A stretch of DNA of 56,422 bases, from positions 1-56,422 of the IMG/VR virus record IMGVR_UViG_3300025513_000008. The stretch is one strand, 5' to 3'. The position numbers were made by a program, and so were the translations under genes. The notes beneath the pieces are model-generated. The model saw nothing but the letters and a program-made list of their open reading frames with translations. It was not told the DNA's origin and made no database searches. Numbering within the stretch: the stretch's first letter is position 1; every line of letters begins with the position of its first letter. Below are positions 39,687 to 50,500 of the stretch, in pieces. This stretch comes from a virus. Lineage: Duplodnaviria; Caudoviricetes.

Positions 39687-42600
39687 TAGTAACTATAGCC
39701 TCCACTTGTTGTGTTAGTTGTTGTTGTTGTTGCACTGCTTAATATTCCTGCGGTTGTACTAGTTGATATTGACGTTGCACTGCTTGTTATTCCTGCGGTT
39801 GTACTAGTTGATACACTATTAATTACTGTACCACTAGCTTGTAAATTAGTAGCTGTTATTTGATCAATTGTTTCAATATCACTTACTTTAGCAGCACTTG
39901 CAAATATTTCATCTGGTTCACATTTAATTTCAAATAAGCTACCAAATGATTGTGTTGTCTGCCTCGGAACTATCAATATACTTACCAATTTAGGCGACAG
40001 CTGGTTTATAATATAGGCACTAAGTTCTTGGAAGTAAAATGTCTCTCCAAAGTCCCAATTTTCAATATCAAAAAACTGATTAATTGCGTCAACAATCCCT
40101 GATTTAAGTTCATTGTCATTGATAACTACATTAGCATTTTTAACAATTTTAAATTTAACTTGCAAATCCGGAGTTGCTTTATCTCCAAACAATACTTTAT
40201 ATTTTGCAGGATGATAAATTATTTCGTCGCTTATACTTTTTATTTTATTAATCGCGGTTCCATAACTTCTAAATAATTCATCGTTACTGGGCGGCTTAGG
40301 CTTTGTTAAAATTGTTCCAGCAATATATTGCTTTACTTGTATATCATAAGACTTTGATAACACATATGTATCAATAATATTACTTGCACTTGGGTCAATT
40401 CTATATCCACTATCAGCAACATGGATATAATGAAATTTTAACCCTGAACGGCCAAAATATGCTTTATAGTCTGTATTAATTACAGTGTTGTTTAGTACTT
40501 TATTAAGCTTTCTAAAAATACCTTCATCAATTAGATAAAATATCTGCCCTTCTAATCGTGCGCTGTAGGGAGATATTGCTGCTTCGTTTTGTACTATAAT
40601 TATTTCAGCAGTTATATTTGCAAAATATTTAAAGTCTTCTACACCGTCGGTTGTTGTATATTTCTTTTGGAATATTAATTTGTCTGCGGTTGCAATTGCA
40701 GTATTTTCTTCACCAACAATTTGTTCAAATATATCTGGATCATCGACTACTCCGTCATCGTCAAGATCAATAAACTGAACTTGAATTTTACGGCTGTCTA
40801 GATATCCTTCTACATCTCTATATGCATCAGTGATCGTCCAGTTAAAGTCTGTTGTAAGCGGTGTTAGCGCACCGGGTTTACGATTAATATTTAAGATATT
40901 AATCTTATCTCTAACTATTTGACCGGTTGCAGGATCATAAATTTTATCAGCAGCATCAAAGAAGAATCTAATCTCATCTGTACTTTCCATTATGTATCTT
41001 AAATTACGATAGGTAATTGTGTATTTTTCACCATCTGTTTTAAAGTATAACATCCAACTTGCATCAAGATTCTCACCGCTAATATCGCCTGCTTTACCAG
41101 TTGCAAAAGCGCCAAGTGTATTAATGTCTTCTGCTAACACAATCTTCCATTGTCTATTATACTGATCGTATCGTAGTGCAAAGTCTCTGTATTCAAATGT
41201 TTGGTCAATTAATTCTACTTTTACATCGTTAATTAATACTTTAGAATAATTAGAAATTAATTGCTGTAATATTGCACCAGTTGGAATAATATCATTTAGC
41301 GCGATAGGCGCAATTCCGTCTTCATCTATAGTTGTTCCTGCACCAGAAACAGACACTATTTTAGACCACTTATAATTTGTTTTTCCTAAATGATCTACAT
41401 CATTGTCATCCATTAGGGTGCCGTCTGGCATAAAATGCTTGCCGACAGGAGCAACAAATTTTAACATTGTTCCTGCTTCTACCAACCGCAAACTATTAGC
41501 AGTAAAACTACCTACTGAATATGCATTGCTATCAATATCTTGAAGCAGGCCTAATGACTGGTTTGTACTTGTGCTTGACTGCAACCAAGTTGCATTAAGG
41601 TCACTAACAATAATTTTTGGATATTTTGCAAGATAGAAATTTTGTGTGCTTACACTTCCTAAAATTTCTTCAATAGTGTTGTATATAACACCTTCAATAT
41701 CTGTTTGCGTAGCAAACGTAAACGACTGCTTTTCAACAAACTCTTCTTTGTAAATTACGCCGTCGTCTGCAAATAAACTAGTATTTGAATACTTTCCGCT
41801 GGCATCTTTTAAATCAAAAAATCTGCTTATCCCGCTTGATATTCTGTTTGTACTTTTAGTTTTAATAATATCTTGACTAATAGCAAGCGGACCAATGTTA
41901 TAATCTTCACCTGTAATTAAACGATTTTGTGTATAGTATGTAGTAGGTGCATTTTGTTTAATTTCAGCATTAGTTTCAGTAGCAGTACCGTTACTAACTG
42001 TATAATTTAATTTAAGACCAATAGTAAGTGTTTGCACTGATCCGTTTCTTGCTTGGTAAGGAATCTCAATGCTTACAGTATTAATTGCACCGGGCGTTAT
42101 TACACTGCGTATATTATTACTAGTTCTATAGTATGATCTAAAATTGCCAGCTGGTAAATTTCCAAATACTCCGTCACTAAAGTTTAAATTAATTCTGTCA
42201 CCAATACGAGTAGTTACTGCAAATACATCTCTAGTTTTATTGAACAAACTATTATAGATAACATTATTACCTTCAGTTGAATCAATTTTTGTCCATTGGT
42301 TACTCTCAAACCCTGCGCTATTTAGTGCAAATAGCCAAACATCAGAGTCATTAATATTTTCAGCATCAATTTGAACTGCTTGGTTGGGTGTAGGGTTAGT
42401 TACTGCAAAATTTCCTGTTTCAAGTTTGCCTTGACGGAAATGCATAAAGAATCCAGTGTTAGCACTTCCAGCGCCTTGGCCGTCATCACGGAATAAGAAT
42501 GCAGGACTATTGCCTGGTAGCGGAGCTTCTTCTATAATATCTTCCGCTGATAAGTCAGTACTTACAATTTCAAAACGTGTACTTATACCTTCAATACGCT

Positions 42601-43207
42601 TAGTAAAAGGATAAATTGCTTGCCCAGTATTTGTGGCATTTAAGCGATATTTCTGTGTTTGTACATCTGCAATTAGTGCAGACTTTAACGGATTACCAAT
42701 TGAGTTAGACAACGGCAATGCTGAATTCATAATCTTGACAAACTGTTCAAAGTAATTTGAATTAGTTTGATCATTCCACTTAATAGTAATGCCTGCTAAA
42801 TTTAATCCATTACTATCTAAAAGATTTTCAGTTGTCTTAATTGTATCAAACTTTAGTAAACCGTTCGCTGCTTGATTACGTCTTGGATTGTAAGACAGCA
42901 TACGTGCAAGTCGTAATACGCTTTCTCTGCGTTCTGCTGTTTCAAGAAAGTTTTCTCTAGCATTCAAGTCAATACGGAATGACAGATTTTGCCCAAGGAA
43001 AGCAATCATATCAATTAGTGCAAGATATTCACTTGACTCAATATAATCGTTAAAATCCTCTGGGTAATTTTGACGCAGATAATTAATCATTGTACGACGA
43101 AGATTATCAAAGTCATAACTCTGGAAATCAGCGTTTCTAAATGATTGGTAAATTCTTTTCCAGTCTTCAGCTACTAATAACCTTGACTGTCTATCGCTTG
43201 AAGACAT
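39686..43207 (-). CDS. gp6: Baseplate wedge subunit (T4 gp6-like)
   Basis: DFDNLR...FNDY.ESSE..ALID..A...ENFLETAERRESV..LA..L.Y.P; FSDGVFG..P; QNRLIT.EDY. Confidence 0.85.
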   Translation of the reverse strand: MSSSDRQSRLLVAEDWKRIYQSFRNADFQSYDFDNLRRTMINYLRQNYPEDFNDYIESSEYLALIDMIAFLGQNLSFRIDLNARENFLETAERRESVLRLARMLSYNPRRNQAANGLLKFDTIKTTENLLDSNGLNLAGITIKWNDQTNSNYFEQFVKIMNSALPLSNSIGNPLKSALIADVQTQKYRLNATNTGQAIYPFTKRIEGISTRFEIVSTDLSAEDIIEEAPLPGNSPAFLFRDDGQGAGSANTGFFMHFRQGKLETGNFAVTNPTPNQAVQIDAENINDSDVWLFALNSAGFESNQWTKIDSTEGNNVIYNSLFNKTRDVFAVTTRIGDRINLNFSDGVFGNLPAGNFRSYYRTSNNIRSVITPGAINTVSIEIPYQARNGSVQTLTIGLKLNYTVSNGTATETNAEIKQNAPTTYYTQNRLITGEDYNIGPLAISQDIIKTKSTNRISSGISRFFDLKDASGKYSNTSLFADDGVIYKEEFVEKQSFTFATQTDIEGVIYNTIEEILGSVSTQNFYLAKYPKIIVSDLNATWLQSSTSTNQSLGLLQDIDSNAYSVGSFTANSLRLVEAGTMLKFVAPVGKHFMPDGTLMDDNDVDHLGKTNYKWSKIVSVSGAGTTIDEDGIAPIALNDIIPTGAILQQLISNYSKVLINDVKVELIDQTFEYRDFALRYDQYNRQWKIVLAEDINTLGAFATGKAGDISGENLDASWMLYFKTDGEKYTITYRNLRYIMESTDEIRFFFDAADKIYDPATGQIVRDKINILNINRKPGALTPLTTDFNWTITDAYRDVEGYLDSRKIQVQFIDLDDDGVVDDPDIFEQIVGEENTAIATADKLIFQKKYTTTDGVEDFKYFANITAEIIIVQNEAAISPYSARLEGQIFYLIDEGIFRKLNKVLNNTVINTDYKAYFGRSGLKFHYIHVADSGYRIDPSASNIIDTYVLSKSYDIQVKQYIAGTILTKPKPPSNDELFRSYGTAINKIKSISDEIIYHPAKYKVLFGDKATPDLQVKFKIVKNANVVINDNELKSGIVDAINQFFDIENWDFGETFYFQELSAYIINQLSPKLVSILIVPRQTTQSFGSLFEIKCEPDEIFASAAKVSDIETIDQITATNLQASGTVINSVSTSTTAGITSSATSISTSTTAGILSSATTTTTNTTSGGYSY
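39729..39813. repeat. Two 40-bp near-identical copies (45-bp period) encoding the Ser/Thr-rich C-terminal tail of gp6
   Basis: gttgcactgctt(aa/gt)tattcctgcggttgtactagttgata at 39729 and 39774. Confidence 0.85.
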
Positions 43208-43255
43208 GTACGTTTCCTTGTTTACTAATAATATTTATCTTATAAGGAAAAGTAC
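43208..43255 (-). promoter_or_regulatory. Late promoter motif (TAAATA, 43232-43237) within a 12-bp inverted repeat covering the gp6 SD
   Basis: Minus strand: GTACTTTTCCTT-24 nt-AAGGAAACGTAC-ATG; 11 of 12 positions pair. Confidence 0.65.
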
Positions 43256-43272
43256 GTATTTAATTCTTAGCG

Positions 43273-43707
43273 TTAAAGTAGTCCGTTTTCTTTATCAAAT
43301 TTAAAGCGTAATTGGTCAGTTACTCCAAACGGCAGCACAGTTATTGTACAATCAATCTGTATACCTTGTTCGTAAGTATCTATTACAATGTCTTCAGCTC
43401 TTATTCTAGGATCGTAGTTAATAATACGAGTAACATCTTCAATTATTGCTTCTTGTACTTCAATGGTAAATGGCTCGTATAATATATCCCATATTATTGT
43501 GCCAAATGTAGGATCACTTAATTTTTCAGTTTGACGTATATGAAAATGATTTATTAAATCTTGTTTAATAAGTTCAAAGTCATACAAACTAAAACTTTTA
43601 GCATCTGCAACTGTAGAAAATCCTCTATATTTTCTACCTACTGTAGATTTTTGTACAGGCTGACTTACAGTTACTCTTTTATACAGATTTTTTTCTAATT
43701 GACTCAT
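43273..43707 (-). CDS. gp25: Baseplate wedge subunit (gp25/GPW family)
   Basis: D.ELIKQDLIN...R..EK...P.FGT.I..ILYEP...II.YDPRI. Confidence 0.9.
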   Translation of the reverse strand: MSQLEKNLYKRVTVSQPVQKSTVGRKYRGFSTVADAKSFSLYDFELIKQDLINHFHIRQTEKLSDPTFGTIIWDILYEPFTIEVQEAIIEDVTRIINYDPRIRAEDIVIDTYEQGIQIDCTITVLPFGVTDQLRFKFDKENGLL

Positions 43708-43711
43708 ACTA

Positions 43712-43717
43712 TATTTA
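43712..43717 (-). promoter_or_regulatory. T4-type late promoter motif only 4 nt before the gp25 start codon
   Basis: GGTAAATA-TAGT-ATG; no room for an SD between motif and ATG. Confidence 0.5.
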
Positions 43718-43720
43718 CCC

Positions 43721-46201
43721 TTATTGTGCAGATGATCGATGTAGTGCTACTGTTGCAGTAGCTGCACTGTTATCTGTCGGATCTTGTGTCGGCGGATTAG
43801 CTTGTGCTTTAGCAATCTCTTGTTCTAAACTTCTAAGAGCATCTGCTTCTTCGTTATGGAATCTGTTAACAACACTATCCCTAACACCTTGTGTACTACT
43901 TTTAAAATATCGTGCGCCATTTTCTGCGCGGCGTTCTGCATAAACTGCTCTAATTAATGCCGAATCAGTGGGCTCAGTTGTAGTAGGAGGGCTTGGCGGA
44001 TAACTTAAACTAGCAAGTGCTCTTTCATAGACGTTGCGTGCGCCGCCTGGACCGTGTTGTATAGCAGCAGACCATACAGTATTTTGTAATGTTAGTGATC
44101 TTTGATTTACATCAATCTCTGATTTATTTTTAATTAGTTTTGCAGCAGGTACATAATATGCAATTACTGCATACTGGTGCTGTGCTTCTTTACCTGCTGC
44201 TGTTGACATTACTTGTGCCCATGCAGCTTTGTATGCTTCGGTACCTGCTCTAGCTGCTGACGCGCCGCCGGCTGCTGCCAATTGCGATTCTAAGCTAGGG
44301 TATGCCTTAGTCAGCCAAGCATGGAATTCATTCATTACACCTCGGTTTGCTGCAAGCTGGTATGTTCCGTAACTAAATCCGCCGGTGCTATCCCATCCAA
44401 TAGTTGCAGGATTTCCTCTTGATTCGTATCTTGCACTTAGTGATCCTAATTCTGGATCAAAGTTAAAGTCACTGTTATAATCACCAGGCGGTACAGGTGT
44501 TTGTCCGTTGCCGGGACCTCTTGATATATACCCTGTGCTGATGTTACCGCCGCTTCCTGATACAAATGCACTAGACGTTCTACCTTGTAAATTTTTATCA
44601 AACGTATCGGGAGTAAGCACCCGATCCGAACTAGGCAGCGCTCCGGGCGCGTCTCTATCTGTTTCTATTTTCTTAAACGATAACGGATCTAAGTTTTCAT
44701 GATGCGGCCACGGTTCGTGTTGCGGCGCCCTTGCTAATATACTTTCGTATCCACTTATTGAGCCACCTGGTCTAACACGAGGTAATGTAATTGTACTCAA
44801 CTGTTCAACTTGTCGTGCAGGGTTAGCTTGAGCTGCATTTGGTCCATTCATATGCACATATGTTGCAGTTTCTCTATGTTCTTTTGCACTGTTAATGTGT
44901 GTAGATCCCCCGGCAGTGAGACGATTGTCTTGTCCTGATTTAACGTGTAATGATTTAGCTGTATCAATATATTGCGACTGTTTTACGGCAATATGTTGAT
45001 TGTTTCCTACAGTAATTTTACTGTTTGCGCCGACATACAAATTAAAATCTTGCTTAGATTCAATTTGTACTCTACCGCTAGCTGCACCCCTTGCTCTGCC
45101 AGTAGCCTTAATATTGACATTTCTGCCTGCTTCCATGTTTATATCACGTTCAGCAGTAATGTTTAAATCATTTTCAGTCATGATACTAACGCTATCTTGT
45201 GCATGAATATCAATTTTACCGTCGCTGGACATTTCAATCCAAGTAGTGCCGCGGGCATTTCCAATATAAATTAAATCTTCACTGTTGTGCATTAATATCT
45301 GATGCCCGGTTCTAGTTCGAAAACGCATTAGCTCGTTTTGTAGAATAGTTCTATCGCCGCCGGTTTCGTTAGCACCTTTATTTTTATAAATTGGAGGGCC
45401 ATCTTCTGCATGAGTTGAACGAACAAATCTTTCATCACCGTCATCCATTACAAAACTACTACCGCCTAATCTGTTTGAAGGAACTGCAACTTTGTTTCCT
45501 GCTGTGCCTATTTCTACAGTTGGCGAGCCGTCTCTGCGATCTTTAGGACCCGGTGTGCTTATACCAAATACCATACTAGGAATTTCTCTGCGAGCACTAG
45601 TTGTAGTAGTGCCGCGGATTTCGTCATTGTGTAACCCTTGGATTTCTAAAGATTCTGTAAAATCTTTGTTATACGGTTTAGCAAATAAAGTAGGATCAAC
45701 TTTAGATCCACTTTCAATTGATTTATTATATTCGCCGGTTGGAAGCTTTCTTCCCTTTAGTGGAGGAGGAGTAATTCCAGTTGTGTTTTCAGTTGAGGCT
45801 CTCCCGTCAGGAACCATGAAATTCATATAGTCTGCGGGAATACATCCAATCCAATAACCAAAGTTTGCATTACCTTCTGCAAATATTACAAGGACTTTAG
45901 TACCTACATCAGGCGGCACCATCCACATACCATATGACTTTTGTGTATGTTCATAACCATCGTTTGCAGTAAGTGCAGCATTAGGAGTAACACCGTAAAA
46001 CGGACTTAAATATCTTACATTTAATAATTGGCCGCTACGTTCAGGCGTGCCACCAGAGCTAGTATATCTTAATAATTCAACAACAAGGCCGCCCATATAT
46101 TTTGTATCTAAATTATTAACAATGATAGCTTCATACGGTCCTGCATTTTTAAAATCAGCATTATTATTAGACGTTGTTCTTGTATAATTTCCGTTTGCCA
46201 T
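43721..46201 (-). CDS. gp5: Baseplate central spike (gp5/VgrG-like) with C-terminal lysozyme-like domain
   Basis: OB-fold SPFYG...PPDVGTKVLV.F...GYWIGC; beta-helix RTRTGHQI...WIEMSSDGKIDI; C-terminal LGSLSARYES...GGFSYGTYQL...WSAAIQHGPG. Confidence 0.85.
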   Translation of the reverse strand: MANGNYTRTTSNNNADFKNAGPYEAIIVNNLDTKYMGGLVVELLRYTSSGGTPERSGQLLNVRYLSPFYGVTPNAALTANDGYEHTQKSYGMWMVPPDVGTKVLVIFAEGNANFGYWIGCIPADYMNFMVPDGRASTENTTGITPPPLKGRKLPTGEYNKSIESGSKVDPTLFAKPYNKDFTESLEIQGLHNDEIRGTTTTSARREIPSMVFGISTPGPKDRRDGSPTVEIGTAGNKVAVPSNRLGGSSFVMDDGDERFVRSTHAEDGPPIYKNKGANETGGDRTILQNELMRFRTRTGHQILMHNSEDLIYIGNARGTTWIEMSSDGKIDIHAQDSVSIMTENDLNITAERDINMEAGRNVNIKATGRARGAASGRVQIESKQDFNLYVGANSKITVGNNQHIAVKQSQYIDTAKSLHVKSGQDNRLTAGGSTHINSAKEHRETATYVHMNGPNAAQANPARQVEQLSTITLPRVRPGGSISGYESILARAPQHEPWPHHENLDPLSFKKIETDRDAPGALPSSDRVLTPDTFDKNLQGRTSSAFVSGSGGNISTGYISRGPGNGQTPVPPGDYNSDFNFDPELGSLSARYESRGNPATIGWDSTGGFSYGTYQLAANRGVMNEFHAWLTKAYPSLESQLAAAGGASAARAGTEAYKAAWAQVMSTAAGKEAQHQYAVIAYYVPAAKLIKNKSEIDVNQRSLTLQNTVWSAAIQHGPGGARNVYERALASLSYPPSPPTTTEPTDSALIRAVYAERRAENGARYFKSSTQGVRDSVVNRFHNEEADALRSLEQEIAKAQANPPTQDPTDNSAATATVALHRSSAQ

Positions 46202-46238
46202 TAGTAGTTAGTTCCTGTTATTCTTTTAAATTTATTGA

Positions 46239-47564
46239 TTATTGCGGTCTTATTACTCTTTGAGCAATAGCAGATGTTGTTGCGTTGTTTAATGTCGGAC
46301 TTGTAACCCCCAGATCATTTGCAGTTGAAGGCACTCTTGGTGTAAGTTGAGGAACAACTGGTTGCGATGATACAGTTCTGCTTGGTCCTGCATCTGGTGT
46401 ATAAACTTTTTTACCAGTATTAAAATCGTATCTATCAAACCCCGGTGTTAGCGGCTCGTATACATATACGTTAGGCGGGCGAAGCGTAGCCGATGTATTT
46501 GCAGTTGTAGGTGTAGAAGGTGATTGTGTTACTGTTGTAGGCGCAGTAACAGTTGTATTAGCAGCACGTTGAGCAACTTCAGCTGCGCCATTTCCTCTGC
46601 CAGCGCCAGCAGTTAGTGCAGCCACTGTTGATTTTGGAGCAGCAGCAGCAGCTCTAGCTTGTCTTAAAATAGCATCTTGATACGGCACAGATCTTGGAGG
46701 AGTTGATCCTGCTCCGCTTACTCCTGCGCCTGCAGGGGGATTATTAGGAAAGGAAGGAATGTTTCCTGACAATACATTAGCTGCTGAAGTTTTTGCTATT
46801 GTTGATAATGCAGCTAGGCGTTGTAACCCTCCAAATAGGTCAGTTACTTTTCCAAAAATAGATGGAGTTGCTCCGGTAGCAGCTTTCATACGAGCGAGAA
46901 TATACGGATCAGTAGGATCGGCACCGCCTAACCATTTTCTTTCTGCATCAGTTAAGTTTGTGGGTGCTGCAACTTCTGCAGGAACAGTTTCACTTACTGT
47001 TACACCGCCTGCAGTATTTGGTTTTACGGTAGTAGTTGTTATAACTGTTGCGCCTGTAGCTGCACCAGTGGTAGCACTTATTTGTGTTTCAGGCCTGCTA
47101 TAATCTAGTAAAGGATCAGGCAAGTAAACCGGCACGCCTTGATACGTAGACACTTGCACAGAACCCGCTGGTTTAACATCAGCTGTTATATCTTGTTCAG
47201 CCCATTCTACCATTTTTTCATAAAGTGGGACACACTCTATTTCAAGACTACGATCTGGATTTTCGGCGGCAACTGTTGGATCTAACGCAAATTTTTCAAT
47301 TACCCAATAATGTGGCTGACTTGGATATAATAATTTGCTCCAGCCACTATTATCAATAACTATAACAATTTGATAAGAGCGTTGATAATTTAAAATAATG
47401 TCTTCGCCATATTTAAACAAGTCGTCAATATTTTCAAATATTTGTCGATTTGTGTTAAGCTCAGGTTTAGTCCAAGGCCCAACCCCTTCTACAGGAACAG
47501 CATTCGATTGTTCTAATTTTCCTTGGCTTTCTTCTGGTAAGCCGCTGTCGTCTGCTTCTGACAT
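46239..47564 (-). CDS. Hypothetical protein in the baseplate operon, Ala/Thr/Pro-rich C-half
   Basis: 441-aa ORF coupled (TAATG) to the upstream gene; no family recognised. Confidence 0.65.
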   Translation of the reverse strand: MSEADDSGLPEESQGKLEQSNAVPVEGVGPWTKPELNTNRQIFENIDDLFKYGEDIILNYQRSYQIVIVIDNSGWSKLLYPSQPHYWVIEKFALDPTVAAENPDRSLEIECVPLYEKMVEWAEQDITADVKPAGSVQVSTYQGVPVYLPDPLLDYSRPETQISATTGAATGATVITTTTVKPNTAGGVTVSETVPAEVAAPTNLTDAERKWLGGADPTDPYILARMKAATGATPSIFGKVTDLFGGLQRLAALSTIAKTSAANVLSGNIPSFPNNPPAGAGVSGAGSTPPRSVPYQDAILRQARAAAAAPKSTVAALTAGAGRGNGAAEVAQRAANTTVTAPTTVTQSPSTPTTANTSATLRPPNVYVYEPLTPGFDRYDFNTGKKVYTPDAGPSRTVSSQPVVPQLTPRVPSTANDLGVTSPTLNNATTSAIAQRVIRPQ

Positions 47565-50500
47565 TATTGTGGTCCTATCAAATTTCTAACTTTAGATGTT
47601 GCTGCGCCTGAGACTGCTGCAATGCTTTGATTAGTAGCAGTATTTACAGTCGGTAGACCTAATCTTGCTCTAATAATGGGATCACTGCCTGTATAAGGAG
47701 GAGCATTTGGATCTCCTAAAGAGTTTACTGCTGAATTAAGAGTTCCTCCTAAACCGTTTAATCCGCTAGTAAGAGATCCTGTTACGCCGCCAAAGCCGCT
47801 AGTAAGAGAACCTAGTTGCGATCCAAGTACTGCTCCGGTAACTGCTCCTAACTTTCCGCCGAGAGCATTTCCTATTAGGCCGCCGAGAGCACCTGTTGCA
47901 ATTCGAGGAATAACTTTAGTTAAATCAGGAACACTTGCAATGCCAAAATCAACACCTTTTACTAATTCTCCTATATTAAGTATTTCTGTTTTAAGTGCTA
48001 TTTCTAGTTGTTTAAATGGGCCAGCTAACTGTGCAGCTACATCGGCACCTATTGCTGGTAGTAAATTTCGAATATCGTCAGCCATTGGTCCTGGCATACT
48101 ATTAGTCGCAGGCATACAGCTTTGTCCAACAGTGCCATCAGATTGTGTAGTTGTTTTAGCCATTGCTACTTCGTTTTTAACTTGAATAAAGTTAGTGTTT
48201 CCGGTACTTGCTTTGTCGTCTTGTCCTCTAAGGCGAATCATTTTAAGAAGCTGTGTAAATTTGCCGGCTGCAAAAATATTGGTAACTGCCCATACTTGGA
48301 ATAATCCACTAAATCCCGGAACAGCTAATGGCATTTCCATTGTTGCTCCATCTATTTGATAATCAAACGGTGTTCTAAAATTAACATCAACTAAAACAGG
48401 ACCAGTTGAATACGGCATAGTACCGTCTTCTGTTATACCTGGTTTGCCTGCAACACGCTTTGATACATAATTTCCAGTGTCTTGCGGAAGATAATAGGGA
48501 TCCCCTATTATTTCCATTTCAGCTGTGACCATATCTACTGTCATGTTTGTAATTCTGTCATGAAACATCTCAGCAATTTGACGGCGTACATCGTTACTTT
48601 GGGTGCCGGCTGCTCCTTTTGGGCCGGTACCCATTTCTGTCCCGCCTGTCTGGTCGTCTGTAGTTGCAGCATCGCTTGGTTCTGCAGGAGCAGCGCCCGA
48701 TGGTGTATTTGTTTGTGCAGTAGCAACTTTACTTGCGTCAGGATCACTTTGAGATCCTGTTGTCATTCCAAAATCTGCGTTTGCTGTTAGCATAAATGCA
48801 TTATTAAAATTAATATCAAAGTTTAATACATCTTCATTTTTGCCTGTATAAATGTAATTGTATCCTTTGACAGCAACTCGTTTTAAACCTTGAATATTAC
48901 TTGCTCTAGCGTTGCTAGCCATAGTAACTGTTTCAGGAACTTCGTAAGGCATAACACTGTATACATAAACTTTTGGACGACGGCCCATTTGTGCTTCTGT
49001 TACAGGGCTTTCATCTATAAAAACATGTGTATTAATTTTAAACCATTTGTGTAATCCATTTTTAGCTTTAATAGTTGAATTTTCTGCACAAAATGTAGAC
49101 TGTACTACTATTTTTTCAATAATACTAGTAATATTTTCGTTTTGATTAAATTGGAAATCTCTTGCTTTATCTGCAGGCTGTACCGCTTTTGAAGTAGTGT
49201 CAACTAGTCCAGTTTGAGGGTTAGTTGCAGCAGCAGCGTCTGCTTCGCTAGAATTTCCCGGAGCATTAGTATCTTCATTAAGAGTACTTAACCCAATTTC
49301 ATTCATTAGACCAGTGTTTTCAGCAAACGACTTGAGTATAGAATATGTACGAGACGGTGGAGTAATTGTTATCGTTGTTGGACTAAAAGAATTACGTAAC
49401 TCTGGATTTGCTGCAACTGTTCCTCTACGCTGTTCCTCACGTTCCTCGGGCGAAGTAGTAAATGCAGTGTCATCAATATTGCCTGCTTGTAGCGCCGAAA
49501 GCAGCGTGGATCTATCTTTTGGAAATACTATAACATATCTATCATATGGTGTAAGTGCGCCGGCTTTTTCCAACGCTTGAATTTGACCATTAATTGCTGA
49601 TGTTATTGATGCGTCATTTGTTTCAAGTACTTGGTGAAGTAATAGTCCTGTTGCTTTAATTGATGTTTTAATCTTATTAATATTATCATCTAGCCCAGAC
49701 TCACTCATAGGAATCGCTTTAACTGCATAGGTACTTCCTGTACCAGTAACGTTAAAGTCCATATTAATAAACTTTATAGGAATAAAGATAGGACGGCTTA
49801 TAAAGTTTGCATCCGTGGATCCATCTAGATTCCATCCTTTAAAATCAATTTTTAAACAAAATGGTGCCTGGTTGTAACTTTTATATCCAGCAGTAGCTGC
49901 TGCTCCAATAATTGCTTGAATAAAATTACCCATGCTATACGGCTCTGTTACATTAAATGATATAGCAGTTCCGGTTGTTACTCTAGTATTTGGATTAGGA
50001 GCAACAACTCCTTCTATCTCAAGATCATCAATGTAGTATTCAGCGTGTTCAGATCTTCCGGTGCCCTTTTCGTCAAAAATTTGATAACGTTTATCTAAGT
50101 TTCCGCCGCTGCTTTGTATTATGTAATTTTTAAATCCGCCTGCACTTCTATATTTTTCTGGATTGTTATATTCTGCAGCGTCAAGCACGCCTAATGAAAT
50201 TACATAATTATAACTATTATGACTTCTTAACGGATTTGGAATTTTGCTTGCTGAAGTATCATCGCCTTGATAAGGAGACTTATAACCGGTATCAATAAAA
50301 TCACTAAACGCACTTCTTTCATTTAGTTCACGATATTGAGCTTGTACTAATCCATATTCTTCGCCAGTTATTCCTGCAAGATCTGCAATTCCTCTTTCTA
50401 CAAGTTTTAACGGATTGTTAGCTAGGCCCTGTAATTCTTCAGCAGCACTAATTAGTCCACTAAGTTTGTTTTTAACTTGTCCTAGTAAATCGCCTGCTCC

